DNA from: Amphiscolops sp. MND2022
Taxonomy: Eukaryota
Length of the DNA stretch: 64,000 nt
Reading direction: 5' to 3'
Assembly (NCBI GenBank): GCA_964187785.1
Contig: OZ076415.1
Coordinates: forward strand, 21,018,001 to 21,082,000
Under the pieces are notes generated by a model. The model saw only the letters and a program-made list of their open reading frames with translations. It made no database searches and was not told the DNA's origin. A program made the position numbers and the translations under genes. This document shows, in pieces, positions 23,031 to 35,579 of the stretch (position 1 is the first letter of the stretch; each line of letters opens with the position of its first letter).

Positions 23031-25390
23031 TTTGCGGGGCCCAACATGTGCTTTTTGCTGATAATACTTCCATTACTTTATCGAGATTGGACATAAATAA
23101 GTTCAAGCTATGAAAGCGGCAGGATGCCTGTTGACCTAAAGAAAATTTTGTAAAAAAACTGCTGCGCAAGTTTTGGAGAACTTTTGGTAAAACTATTCTA
23201 TCAATTCTTTGGTCTTAAAAACAAAGTAATAAAGTCGATATCATATTCTGCGTTTTCTACGAAAGCGCCGACTAAAAATCACGGCGATATCCCAATTTTG
23301 TCACCAAACATTATGGTATAGGAGGAATTGACAAAAAGATTTTTTGAATTTTTCAATGTTTTTGACTTAAGAGGACAATGAGGTCAGAGATGGAAAAAGT
23401 TTCATAACAGCGTTTATAGATTGCCTCATTTACGTTTAATTGACAGAAAATTCATGTTTTCATTTCGAGGCAGTACAATTTCACGCTACGAGGTTTCAAA
23501 ATGAACCCTTTATTTAATGCAATTCGATTGGATGAAATTATCACGGCGATGAAATTATCTGCCATGCCTGATTTTGAGGTTTGTGAGATTTTTATTACGT
23601 TGAGTAAACATTGATAACAACGAGCAGGTATTAGGACTGAAGATGAGTAACTTCAGTTTAGAACCCAGGTTTACGGGGCCATGGTTTTCCATTCATGACT
23701 CATGGCTTCACCATACCGAGAATCGAATCATTCATGGATGATCATGGATGAGAAGCCATGATGCCAAGGATCATCATGGATGAAAGCGCCTTAGCTTTCA
23801 ATTTTTTTGGTAAATCTTACAGGCCACTATCACAGTCCCAGCTGAGCTGTGAGAATTGCCACGAAATAAACGCAGTCTACGGAGAAGGAAATTGGGAGTA
23901 AAATAAAGGAAAGAGACAAGTGAAACAGTTGTCACACATCTGTTTTGTGCTAATATAATACTAATAATTTGAAATATCGGAGCTAAAATAATATATAATA
24001 ATATTAAGATAAATACATACAAGATTATATATATACATATAGTGTACCAACAAATATGAAGCTATTGTGCAGTTGATAATACTAATACAGTGCTCTGTCA
24101 ATAATAATAACCGAATCACACCGCTTAGTAAGCGGCCTGAGAAATTAATGGCAGAACTGCGACCTGGCAGCGGGCCTCAAATTCGAGCAGCGAGGCGTCG
24201 GCCTGGCGGGCGGCCTGAGACTGAAATACACTGTACGCTACTAATCAGCAGTAAATGCGTTACCATTGAATGCATATACACTTGCTGAAGGGTTTTACAT
24301 ACAATTTAAACGATGCTATAGATGTAATTGTGCTAATGATTAAATAATAATGATGATTGTATGAAGATCACATGGCCTGGGACACAGCCTGAGATCAACA
24401 TACATAAAAGTCCATTGAATAAATGGAAAATGGTGATGCTAACGATGATTTCCTTTTGCGCATGGTTTCTATGTCTGTCACCTACGACCATGAATGATAA
24501 TAGTTTGTTGGGCGTGATTTATACCATTATTCTTCATGTATATTGAGTTAAATGTTAAGACAGCCCAGGCCACGGCCTGGGTCTAGGTTTTGTTGCTTTC
24601 ATAGAAACTTGATGATTAATAATACCACATGAAAGGTATTTCGGACCAATCACTGTTTAATCGAGCTATGCCAACCTAAACAATGTTTCCCGTGTACTTT
24701 CAACCCATGTAAATCTCAAATGTAGTTACAATGATCTTATTCTGTTGTACTAATCAACATAATTTTGAAACACACTGAACCACCGCCTGGGACGGTGATT
24801 TCCCTAATGTTCATTTTTGAACGAGTTTGTGAGCTTGTTTTCCAGTTTGTCAATATTAACAATATGCTGCGCAGTTTATTTGAAGTTGCTAAATTAAACT
24901 AAATTATAATGTAAATATTGAGTGTCATTGTCAATTTTTGTGATTTTCCCATCAACTATAATTGATGAGTCAACCGCGCTGTCATTGCCAAGTTCAGCTT
25001 CGGCGTCACGAAAAGGCGGGAAATGGAGGCGAAAGGAAGCGGAGTCGCAACTCAGACAGGAAGTGGACGCGTGTCTTCCCCGGAAGGCATGAACGAACTG
25101 AAGGTCTGACTTCGACAAAGCTGAACGGAACATCCGGATTCCTTGCCTTGGAAGGACGCCCGGCCGAACGAAGCGTTAAAGGTGTGCCCATGTCTTCCCC
25201 GCTTTTGAGGGCGGAAAGTTTATAGTTGGAAAATTTAAACTAATTTCAGTTGTTAAAATTTATATTTTGTGAAAGTTTTGACATTTCGCCTTCGATATTC
25301 AGTAAAGATTAAATACTTCAATTTCTTCCCACTTAGTGAAAATCTTGAGATTAAAATCCTTCAAACCATGCAATAATCTGGTAATTAAAA

Positions 25391-25681
25391 ATGCCAGAAA
25401 GATCTTCTCAGAGCAAAGCCAGAAGAGATTCCTTGACCAGCTCACTGGGTGAACCAGAAGCCTCGAGTCTAAGAACGGAAAATATCCCTGGTATTTCTGA
25501 TAGGGATTTCTCTGAGATATCTGAGAAAATCAAAAAATCTATCGGCAGGAGAATAAGAGACACTGAGACTGGACAGAGGGGAATTCTTAAAATGATTGAA
25601 AACCTGTCCTCGAAGATAGACTCCCTGTCAGGACAAACGTCAAGCACCGTAGATTTGGATGCGAACAAAAATCGCCCTTAA
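25391..25681 (+). mobile_element. LTR-derived fragment with a 96-aa gag-leader ORF related to element A
   Basis: ISDRDFSEISEKIKKSIGRRIRDTETGQRGILKMIENLSS aligns by eye with ISERDFEDLSGKIENLSFKRLRNTEFGQRQILRLIENLS at 13825-14010. No PBS or gag core follows. Confidence 0.7.
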
Positions 25682-27953
25682 AGTCTGATACCTACTTCCA
25701 GACTGTTTGAAGCAAACTAATTAGGGAAGAGGGTCAGCACAGCCACTAAAAGAGAATTGGTCAACTGTAATTACCAGTTCCATGTCTAAAAAAGACGATA
25801 TGTCTATTCGTACCAACCTTAGTTTTATATAATTACAACGTTATGAATCTGATTCAACAGGTTAGTTCCAAAACATTTTTTGAAGGTTTCATAGATTTTA
25901 TATTTTGTTATTTTCCCATATTTTGGCATTACCGTGTAAATCTTTTTGTGAACGAAGTTTGCTTCATTCCAACGCTCTTGATTAGTTTTAGTTGAAATGC
26001 ATAAAATATCTATCACAGACATGCTTAGAGCTTCCATAGTTAACTTTCCGGTATGAATTTTCATAAATAAATCAGGCTATGATCATGGTGATTAGCGATG
26101 ATTCGAATGTAATGAAAATAAAGTAGTTTCGTTTCTTCCTGAAATTAGTAAACTATCGACCCTTCAGCTACATTTGCGAATCTAAGTTGGTATTGAAACC
26201 AGAACTAAATACCGAAAACATGCCTTTTGATTTGAAGCCTCAGCATACAGTGTAGTTGACTCCCCAACCGAGAACATTCCAAAAACTTGGATCAATTCAT
26301 GACTTCTGCATGTCTCTGGATTGGATACGCTTCAAGCTGCAGGTAGCAATCAAAGAACTGCTTTACTTTTTTTCATCTATTAATCAGCTGCTGAAGAACC
26401 GATTTTGCAAGTCTCAGTGAAATCATATCAGTACATTGCGCACGCCGCTTGAAACTCAAAACGAATTGAGTCTTTTGAATATACTGAGAAGCTGTGGTTA
26501 TGACAACTTTGAAATTATTCATAGGAGAGATACTTCACACGGAAGAAACAAAACTTTCCGGACTGAACTGTGATTCTTTGGTCTCATATAACTTTGCAAA
26601 TTGAGTAAGCATGATGGATAATAGAACAAGCTGGGAACGGCCCTAGTCGGCCACTCGTGGCACACAATCCGCAAAGTCAACCTACTATTGCGTCTTTTTT
26701 CAACTTCAATAAACTTTTGTATGATTCATTGGACCCCTTTAAATCTCTAAACGTGATTAAGTTGAAACAGTTAGCAAAAAAGTTAACGTACCAGAGAAAA
26801 ATATTGAAACAAAAAAAGACGATCCAATCAAATTAGTTCAAAAAACGTTTGACTGCTAAAAACTATGAAACTCAAAACAACGGAACACCAATTAGTTAGA
26901 AAATTTTCTGTCACAATGGTCTCGCAAAAACACACTTTCAGCATTGCACCTGTCTCTCCAACCTTGCTATGTGAAGTTCATGAAATTATGAATGAAAGTG
27001 GCCATTTCAGGATCATTGCCAAATCAGAAACCAAATGCCACTGTAAGCACCGACTAAAAGAGTTTGAACCAATCGACTTGTCTTTTGACTGTAGGCAAAG
27101 ATCTGATAGAAATAGGATCATTCGGATACTATTTGTGTTTTGGAGGGGTGGAGGACAATTGACTCAAATAATTAGACTCGTTGCCTTCCAAAATGTGCTA
27201 ACTAAAAGAGCGGTTGTATGACTGGCCAAAATGTCAAGGTTGTAGCTTTGCTCGCTATTCTGAGAGTCTACAGAACTCTCCCTAACTCTCCCTGACCAAC
27301 AAAAATACATTGAATAACATCCATTCTGGAAGAATTAGGCTGTGTTTTGCAGCTTCATTTTGGCATTCAACGGTTCTCTAACTCATTAGTCTGATTTGGA
27401 GATGACGAATCATCTTTTCAGCAATTGCCGCATTTGTAGCTTGCTGACTCTCAGAATCAGCAACCTATAAATGCGGCAATTGCTGAAAAGAAACTCACAG
27501 GCTGTGAGTTTAAATTAATTGACTTCATCCAATATTCTGGACATTTGGCTAACTGATTCCGAATTCATCAACCTAGCTGTTTCAGCAGTCTTTTCCATGT
27601 CTCCCTCATTATTAATGTTCCATAATGATCTAAATCTTCCCCATTTGAATTTGCATTTCAAGTAATCCTACGGAAAGTAGTTCTGCCTCTATTTCTTTTG
27701 GAATTGAGTCATTCTCATACTCACTTCACAGGAAACATCTGACTGACGATAACGCTTTTCAATTGCATTTGCTTTTTAGTGGAAGGAATTTGAAGAACGT
27801 ATTGAGTTTCATTCCCGAATTGCAATTGTCTTCAGAAAAAAATGTGAATTTTAACCTCCGGTTCAATATAATAGAGAGAAGCAACAAATCAAGGTAGCAA
27901 ACAAATGGTTTCGAAGTTGAGTGCATTGGAGGAACAAAACGGGTGTCCCCACC

Positions 27954-29433
27954 TCTCGCGATTTTGTTCGCTACTATAAGAGTCTACTGAACTCTGGCGA
28001 GACATTTGTCTGCTATTTTCCTGCATAAAACACCTTTTGGGACAATTTTCCCACGTTTTCTGAGTATTTTCTGCTTCGGGGTTCCGTTGTAGCCCACTGG
28101 ACCTTTGGTCCTCCATGGTGAAATTAGCTCTTCCATGCATTTCCAACGTATTTTGAATAGAAGGAAGTACGGTACTAGTTATTGCTGATGTTATCGCATC
28201 TTGTATTTGGGAATTTAGACTAGTTTTAATTTCATTGAGTCTTTTGACATCGGATTAAAAATTTCCTCATTATTCAACCTAGTCGTTTCAACAGTTATCT
28301 CACTGTTTTTTCTACTATTGGTGAGAAGTGACCTAAAAACTTCTCCTGTTAAATTAAAGTTTCTCTGAGTCCAAGTTCAGTTCATTTTTACTCTGATCAT
28401 CTCTATCCTCATTTCTTGTATAACTTCCTAATATTACATCAACATTTTCCACATCAGACATAATGCTCAACTGTCTCAATCGCCTTTCCCTAGCTTTTTG
28501 CTTTCTAGTAGACGGCATTGAAGAAATGTAGTAATTTCTAATAGTGAATTGAAGGACAGTAGGTACAGATCAATAAACAAGCAAAGTTGATCACAGTTCG
28601 AAATTCAAAAGATTGAAATATAGCAACTTGTTTGTGGTTCGGTAATGTCCAAAGAAGATCCTGGAGTCTTTTGTCGCACCTATTTATAGTTGGGAGGAGG
28701 TGACTGCACAAATATTGCGTGTCATGTTACTAAAAATAGCATCTCGTAGGGTTGCATCACCCTGTTGTCATCATATCAAAGAGAGGGGGCTTGGCGGTAA
28801 AGCCGACCAGATGGGAAAATGGTTACAAAGCTTTACATGTAGGTTCAACTCTAATCTACAACATTACATGCATATCAAATACAAAATTTCATGCTGAGCC
28901 TAACAATTCACCGTAGCGGACTTCAAGTCCGCGACGCCACACTCAAATATAGTACTGGCAGCACCTGCGTACTAATTCCACCGTGGTGGATGTTCCGTCC
29001 AAGGAGCTACATAAATGTACTGCTCTCTGAATGGCCAATAATATTAGGACAGCGAGTACAATTATCTAGAACAAGCGTTCATTTGAACTCATTTCCTCTT
29101 CCGCATCTAATTGCACTTATTTAATTCATCAATTTACATTCGAATTACCAAAATACATCAATTCCCTAGCAACAAAACAGGCACATAACTATTTGGTAAT
29201 TAGGTAAATATAGCCCCGTAAACATAATTTTCATTTGTGTTGTGGCCATAATGGACCGTAAGTCTTCTATAGTGTAAAAATAAAATGACACCAATAACTA
29301 TAAGATTACATGCATTACACTGTACTATCAGTCTTTTGTTATCTAAATTGGTAGAAGTCCGGGTGGGGGTTAGTATTATCTCCTTCTAGTGAGATTTGAT
29401 AACATTTACTGTCGCAGGCGGCAGCCTGCGACA
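27954..29433 (-). repeat. 3' LTR of element B (1,480 bp)
   Basis: Colinear with 41669-43153. Plus-strand ends are TCTCGCG (mutated TGTCGCA) and TGCGACA. TATAAATA on the minus strand at 28681-28688. Confidence 0.93.
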
Positions 29434-30192
29434 CTCCCCTAGGGATGAAAAGCACTCTCCCCTGGTCCATTCCGGCAAGATAGGCATTCCTTCTTCTTTG
29501 TCGTTCATCATATCTTTCTCCACGATAAGTTGTTGATTCCAAATATTCCAGTACATCAGTTTCTTTTATTTGCTCATAGCTCCGACTACATACAATACAG
29601 TCTCCATATTGTGCTTGATTGGGCTGACCACATTGTGACGATATTCTCACACTAATCCCTTGTATATGCGCATTAGGTTGAGTTGTTGGTGCGGTTGTTC
29701 GGGTGTAATGTTGCCAAAAGTACCGTTAGTCGGCCCCCGGTCGCAAGGAGGAGGAGACAAAGGCGTATCAACAAAGGGTGTCAATTCAGCACAATGTTTA
29801 ATGGGAGGGCTGTTGCTTCGAATTGATGTGCTTGGGCCAGCTCCAATGTCAAGCAGGTTCGACTGATCGTCCACTTGTTGCATTATGCTATCAAACTCAT
29901 CCCAAGGAAAGTTGGGGTGATCGTCGATGACACACTGCGATGTGTCCACCGTCATTGCTCGTCCTGCCTTTAAGTCTTGGGGTTGAATGGGCACGTGACG
30001 GTAGCATGCGATAACCTCTATATCACTGTCATCTGAGGCATTGCCCAAAGTTTCCACCGACTGTACGTCCACCTCCATTTCTTCATCAGGAGAGTAATTG
30101 CTAGGGTTATCGGAGAAGCAGAAAGATCGTCCAACTGGAATTGTAGGTTCATTTCCATTTTGTAGCAGTTTAAGAAGAATTTTTTTAAACAA
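29339..30192 (-). pseudogene. Sense accessory ORF-X of element B (two ORFs joined by one frameshift, ~285 aa)
   Basis: A 181-aa acidic/Pro-rich ORF overlaps a 103-aa ORF with a Cys cluster (CGQPNQAQYGDCIVC). The frame runs through the PPT into U3. Function unknown. Confidence 0.55.
29434..29440 (-). promoter_or_regulatory. Polypurine tract AGGGGAG
   Basis: Abuts the TG start of the 3' LTR on the minus strand. Confidence 0.8.
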
Positions 30193-31241
30193 TTTTCAAG
30201 GATTGATTGAACATCTGAATTTCGCGGTTAGTTTTGGTAGAATGGTCTCCTTTCGCCCAGCGGACTTTGGGTCTTTCCTCGTTTCGCAGGAAAACTTTAG
30301 GCGGGAGAATGTTGTCAGAAGTTTACTAGTTATTTTCCGTAAAACTTCTATTTAGGTGATATCAACCTCTCCACCACACTTTTGTTGATGAGTCCTAACT
30401 TATGAGTCTTAACTGATGAGTTAATAGACCTTCAAGTGCCTTTTGATTTGTTTATTCAGTAGCCAAGATGTTGTTAATCGTATCTACAAGTGTTTATCAT
30501 CACTAACTACTGGTAAATAGTTACACCATCAAAGACCATTGGTCTGCGTGGCTACATCAACTGAATTGATCGATGGGGTGACGTTTTTGAATGAAAGATG
30601 AAAACTTGAGAAAATGAATAAAATGACAATTTTGTCTGAACTAATACTAATCCACGAAGCAAAGTAGAGGCATGAATTTCACTGGCAGGTTCCATCCATG
30701 ATAAAAGGACAACAATTGTGTGATAATACAAACGATGTATAAAATAGTAGTAGGTAATTTTAGATGAAAGGGTTGACTTTTAGGCCACGACGTCCAGTAC
30801 TATTTTAGGTAATTAACCGTCTTGGGGTCTTCGTATTTCTAGTGGTTAGTTTGACTTTAAAGCCAATTTTGTTCGTAATAAATAGTAATAACGCCGTAAT
30901 ACAGTCCACGTATCTGTGTCTGTCCCCAGTGACCCACCAACTGTCTGGTTTACTATTTGAATTGTCAGTCACACTTCCTATCCCCACCAAATTATCTCTC
31001 CAATTTACCATGTTGCGGACGCCGAGTCTTCCCAGTCACATGAGAGGTCATCATATCAAGAGAGCGCATTGCAGAAGAAGGGACACCATAGAGACTGGTA
31101 TTTTGACAGCGTTGGAGACAACTTTGAGGCAAGAAATGTCTGCTTTTCCGTTATGGAAGTAACATCATGTTGGTTCTTTGGTTTTGTCTAGTCTGAACTT
31201 GATCAAGTTTTAAACCAAATTATGATTTTACTTCCTCCTTC

Positions 31242-34200
31242 GTGAAATATTTTCAATTAAACTTGAATGAAACAAACTTTACTTCCGGACGATTTGAAAA
31301 AGCGGTAAAATGGACTTGTAAAAGTGAACCGCGCGAAATTATTTCTTTTCGTTTAGGCAAAGAATCAAATGACCAACCACCTCAAACGTTACTTGGTACT
31401 GGTAATACCATTGAAGTCCCCAACTCTTCCCAATCTACTCCCAATATTACGCCTTCTGGGACAGCAGGGAGAGATACTGATCTTACTCCTACGCAGGAGT
31501 TGGTTGAAGAAGCTACATTATCAAATTGGCTGCCTTCTGCAATTCAAATCATCAAAAAGAGCTCAGCCCAAATCTCAATGGAGCTTGATTCCGGAGAAAA
31601 GTCCTCTCCAGCTTCCGTCGCCGAACTGGACCCAAGAACCCAAAGGCCACAGTCTCCTGACTATTCGCCGTCACTATTGCAGCTCCTTGGCACAGATTAC
31701 AGTAGCTCTGTGGAAAAAATCCAAGCGTACTTCACCAGCAAATTGGTCAATCGAGAAGAAGAAGAGATTGGTGAGCCTGAACCCCTCAGTCAGCAGAACA
31801 TGGTGTCCAAGTTAAGTGTAAGCGATCCGATCACCGTTACCCCTGCCGTGAATTTATCGGCTGATTCTCCTGGTTTTCCTCCGGCTATACCTGCTGTTAC
31901 GTTCTTGGGCCCTCCGTTGGCTAATTGTAGTCAGCCAGAAAGTGAACATTCTCGTAGTTCAGCGAAGAGACCCAGAGCAGGAAGTTGTTCCACCTCCGGG
32001 ATTCAACCCCCTCCTAAGTTTGGGGTGATGTCTCCCTTGATCCGACATCCATCAGCCGGACAAAGAACTGACTCTGCTGAAAGAGATACGGCAATGAACC
32101 GTAAGGAATATCACAGCACTTCTGCCGTTGAATCAAAATCCGATCCTGATGTTGTTACTGATTCCGCTGGTTCTACCATTGCTCAGGCTTTAAACCCCAA
32201 GCCTCTAGAGATTCACTGTGAGTCAAGTGACACTGACAGCTCATTTGCTCCTATCAGATTCCAAAGGACGTCCAAATATTCTACCCTTAAGCCCAGCGGT
32301 GGTGCACTGATTAAGGAATACTTTGCTGGCGCCGATCGGTTTTTCTTCCCTAAAGGTCAGCCTCTAATTTTTTTCACTGTGGACCAAGTTAGCACCGTCT
32401 TGAAGGTTGTGGCCGAGGAGAATGCCAGGTCCACACAGCTTATGTTAGAAGGGATTTATCAAACAAGCCAGTGAACTTAACTTGGGACCTGGAGACAATC
32501 AATCTCCTTCTCCACCTAAGACTACAAGTGCAGGAAGACCCAAAAATGGTAGTTCGGCTTCAGGCCGATTCAGTGACACGAGCGGCGCTCTCCGTAGCGA
32601 CGATGATTTTTTGAGCATTGGGTACTCCTTCGAAGGTCAGGATCACGAAGAGATTGCCGCGCCTCCACTGACAACAGACAAACCCAGCTGCAGCCATACA
32701 GGCCCTGGGACGAGTCAAGCAATTTTCGACGCAGACAGCCCTGGCGGGCAGACCTTGGCTTCCCTGAAGTCTGAAGCAATAAAAGACTGAACTAAACGGT
32801 CTCGCGGCCACCGAGGCCGTTTCACTCAGGCCAGTACGACCCGTGGGACTAGAAGGGAAGTGACCAGGTTGTGCAAGGTTATGAAGGAGGCCTACTTCAA
32901 AGGCATGGAGTGGACGAGAACCTTCGTCTCTGGACCTGTCGACCCGAAGTGGAACTGGTACAAATTTTAATGTCAAATTTGTGAAGCCAACATCTCTCTT
33001 TTTGGGAAGGGAGCCAGGGAAATTTTGCGCCGCCACTCAACTGAGAAACACCTCAGAAAGGACCAAAGGTGGAGGCACGAGTTTTTGTACAAGATCGATT
33101 CCGTAACAAAAACTCAATTCCATTAAGCTAGAGGAAACGATGGCAAGTTATTAACCCCCTACCAAATGGAATTAGAACTTCCGAAATTTATTGATGCCGA
33201 GTTGGTTGAGATTGGTCCAAAGCTTCCGTTCACGATGAATACATGTCCGGAATGGACTATATGGCATCGTCATCCGATAATAGAGCCTGAATCCAGCTAA
33301 CTGTACTTGGCCGATTCCTCCCATCTTATGGAGACCTTGAAGTGTTAAAACGATTCTGGAGCGACGTTGGGGTTATCGTTAACCACCAAGCTCTATTCAC
33401 CGACTTTGACTGGAGCAAGGAGTGACTGACTGTAAGTATGCTTTTATACTCGTTTTAGCATTACACCGTTTAGTATTGTTACTTCAGTCCTCGTTGGTTA
33501 TGACTTTTACTTTTCTATTTAGGTCCGGGAGACTGCAGGGCCAGAGTGATGCTGAAATCTGCTTGATCTTCTACATCATGGGAGCGATCTCAACTAAACC
33601 CAAACTAATCAGTTGTACCGGGAGTGGCGCACGCACGGCCCAGCTTCTCGACCACAGCCCTTACAGCTCTTTCAGTGTGCAGAATCCTGCTCGCTTCGAA
33701 GAATTGACCTTGTAACAGCTCATGCATCGGAAAAGACAGAGCGTTTTTGGACGGGTGGATTTCTTCCCCACAATGCGCTATTTAGTTGTGTCATTTTGAA
33801 TCAGTTTGGAACTGGGCTGGGTATTGCTCTCTCCCGAACTTTCTAAGGTACAATTCTTTTTGTAATCACTAACTTTAGTCCATTAGGTCTTTTGATATCA
33901 AGGGCGGCAGCGACTTCAAATCACTTTTGTTTTCCTAGGCCATACGGTCCTGCCAACTGGATGTTAGTGGGCTACCAGCAATATGCCGCGAACTTCTCGA
34001 CAATTGGGCCAAAGTTCACTCATACCTCAGTAAAACTGCTCCTTTCCAAGAAATGCAAGGAGTCCGTAAACAGGTAACCATCTTATTTCTCTTCTAGCCT
34101 TAGAGACCTTGGGTCCCGACCGGTTCAAATTATTGATTGTTGTAGCCCCAGAATCTGGAATGGTCAATTGTGTATGACAACCTCATTCCCAGTCGTCTTG

Positions 34201-35448
34201 AGTTGTTTTATCGCCTTGTACAGGACTGTAAGTGGAGATATCATTGTAATCAGGTTCCAACTAATTTCCAGTTTCCATCAAATTTCCTTTTCAGATACCA
34301 GTAGTTTTACCCTCAATTTCAAATCTCGGCGTGACAGTGGGTTCCACGTTCACAAATAATTATGCCAATTTCTATTCAAACTCGCTCGCAGGTGTATTTG
34401 TCCCAGTTGTCTCCCTGCTGAGCATGACAACCCAGGGATACTCAAGTGCTCTTTCCCACTTGCCAAAGCTTTGGTCGTTGAGGACTTCATCACCCGGTCA
34501 AAACTAGGGGCTAGATTTGAAGTTGGATGTAAACAGAAGGCTGAAAAAGAAGGTGATGGGGATAGGAACAAGGGGTTAAGTTTTGAAGAAATAACCGCCA
34601 ACAATGTTGAAGAGTTTGACCGATCAGCCCGCGGGTACGTCGTCTACCTAATAGGAGCTACACAGAAAATCAGCCGCTTCACCTCCGACATCGTTAAAGG
34701 TCTGGGTTCATTCGATATGGAAATTTTATTAGTGGACCTTATGGTACAGACCTCTTAATGTTTCAAACAGCTATTTACTAGCTTTAGGCTTCGTGGTGTT
34801 GTCGATTATTCAGAAGAATATGTATATGCTGACGAGTATCTTTTTTAGGTTGACGAGTTGAGACGTCTACATCCAGATATGCAGCAACCAAAACTTCTGA
34901 GAGCCGATGCTGTCGATTTCACTACCGGGCAAGAGGCTTTGAAGACGAGGTGTCATCTAACCAGAATCTTCCGGCTCAGCTGCCTCTGTCTCGACGAACC
35001 GAGGTTCAGCTTCCCTTCCCAGTAGTCAGATTTGGATCAGTAAAGACAGACGACCCAACCTGCTGTATGTTTGACGTAGTTGCCTCTATTCAATCATTCC
35101 TTGACCACGGGCTTCGTGGAATAGATATCTTGACCTCTGATTCTTCCATGACTGGTTTCCTTGCTCTTGAACGGACTTGAAAGCACCTACAGTCCTTGTG
35201 AAAGCGTTGACCACTTTGGGCGCTACCAAATTAGGGAAGGCCTCAATTCCTGTAGACGAACATCAAAAGGAGCAGAATCCAGTCGAACGAGTCCTAACAA
35301 ATCACCGAAGGTAGTCCGGATATCTATGGCAAATCCACTTCCCAGCGCAGTGTTCTGGAGACTGAAGAGGCCGCCGTGTCAAAACTTAGCCATTCGAGTG
35401 GGGGTTACTCTAAACCATAATTGTACTTCATGCACTCTTATGCAGTAG
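31242..35448 (+). pseudogene. Antisense multi-exon accessory gene of element B: Ser/Pro-rich N-terminus, BED/TTF-like zinc finger, helical C-terminal region
   Basis: 410-aa ORF continues in frame past isolated stops to EWTRTF..F*CQICEANISLFGKGAREILRRHSTEKHLRKD. Short GT-AG segments restore the frame when removed (34744-34770, 34822-34848). Confidence 0.7.
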
Positions 35449-35579
35449 TCTTTCTTCTTATGTATATATTTTCGTTGCATTTATTCATTTCAGTTATTCA
35501 CATTATACTTGTTGTCTGCCAGTCAGTTTGGTCCCTGCTAAGGTATTCATTTGAAAGAGGCAGTAATTTACGTATCGGT

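Noticed and set aside
23040-23090. Plus-strand VLFADNTS as a second, inverted LINE RT
   Set aside because: Too short, and no other RT motifs lie in frame.
24564-24586. CCCAGGCC-AC-GGCCTGGG hairpin plus CTAG as a Helitron 3' end
   Set aside because: The hairpin is 1 nt from CTAG instead of the usual ~10 nt, there is no T after it, and no 5' TC end was found.
35520-35540. GGTCCCTG as a hAT TIR bounding the Gypsy B cargo
   Set aside because: No matching CAGGGACC or TSD was found on the left side (29434-31300).
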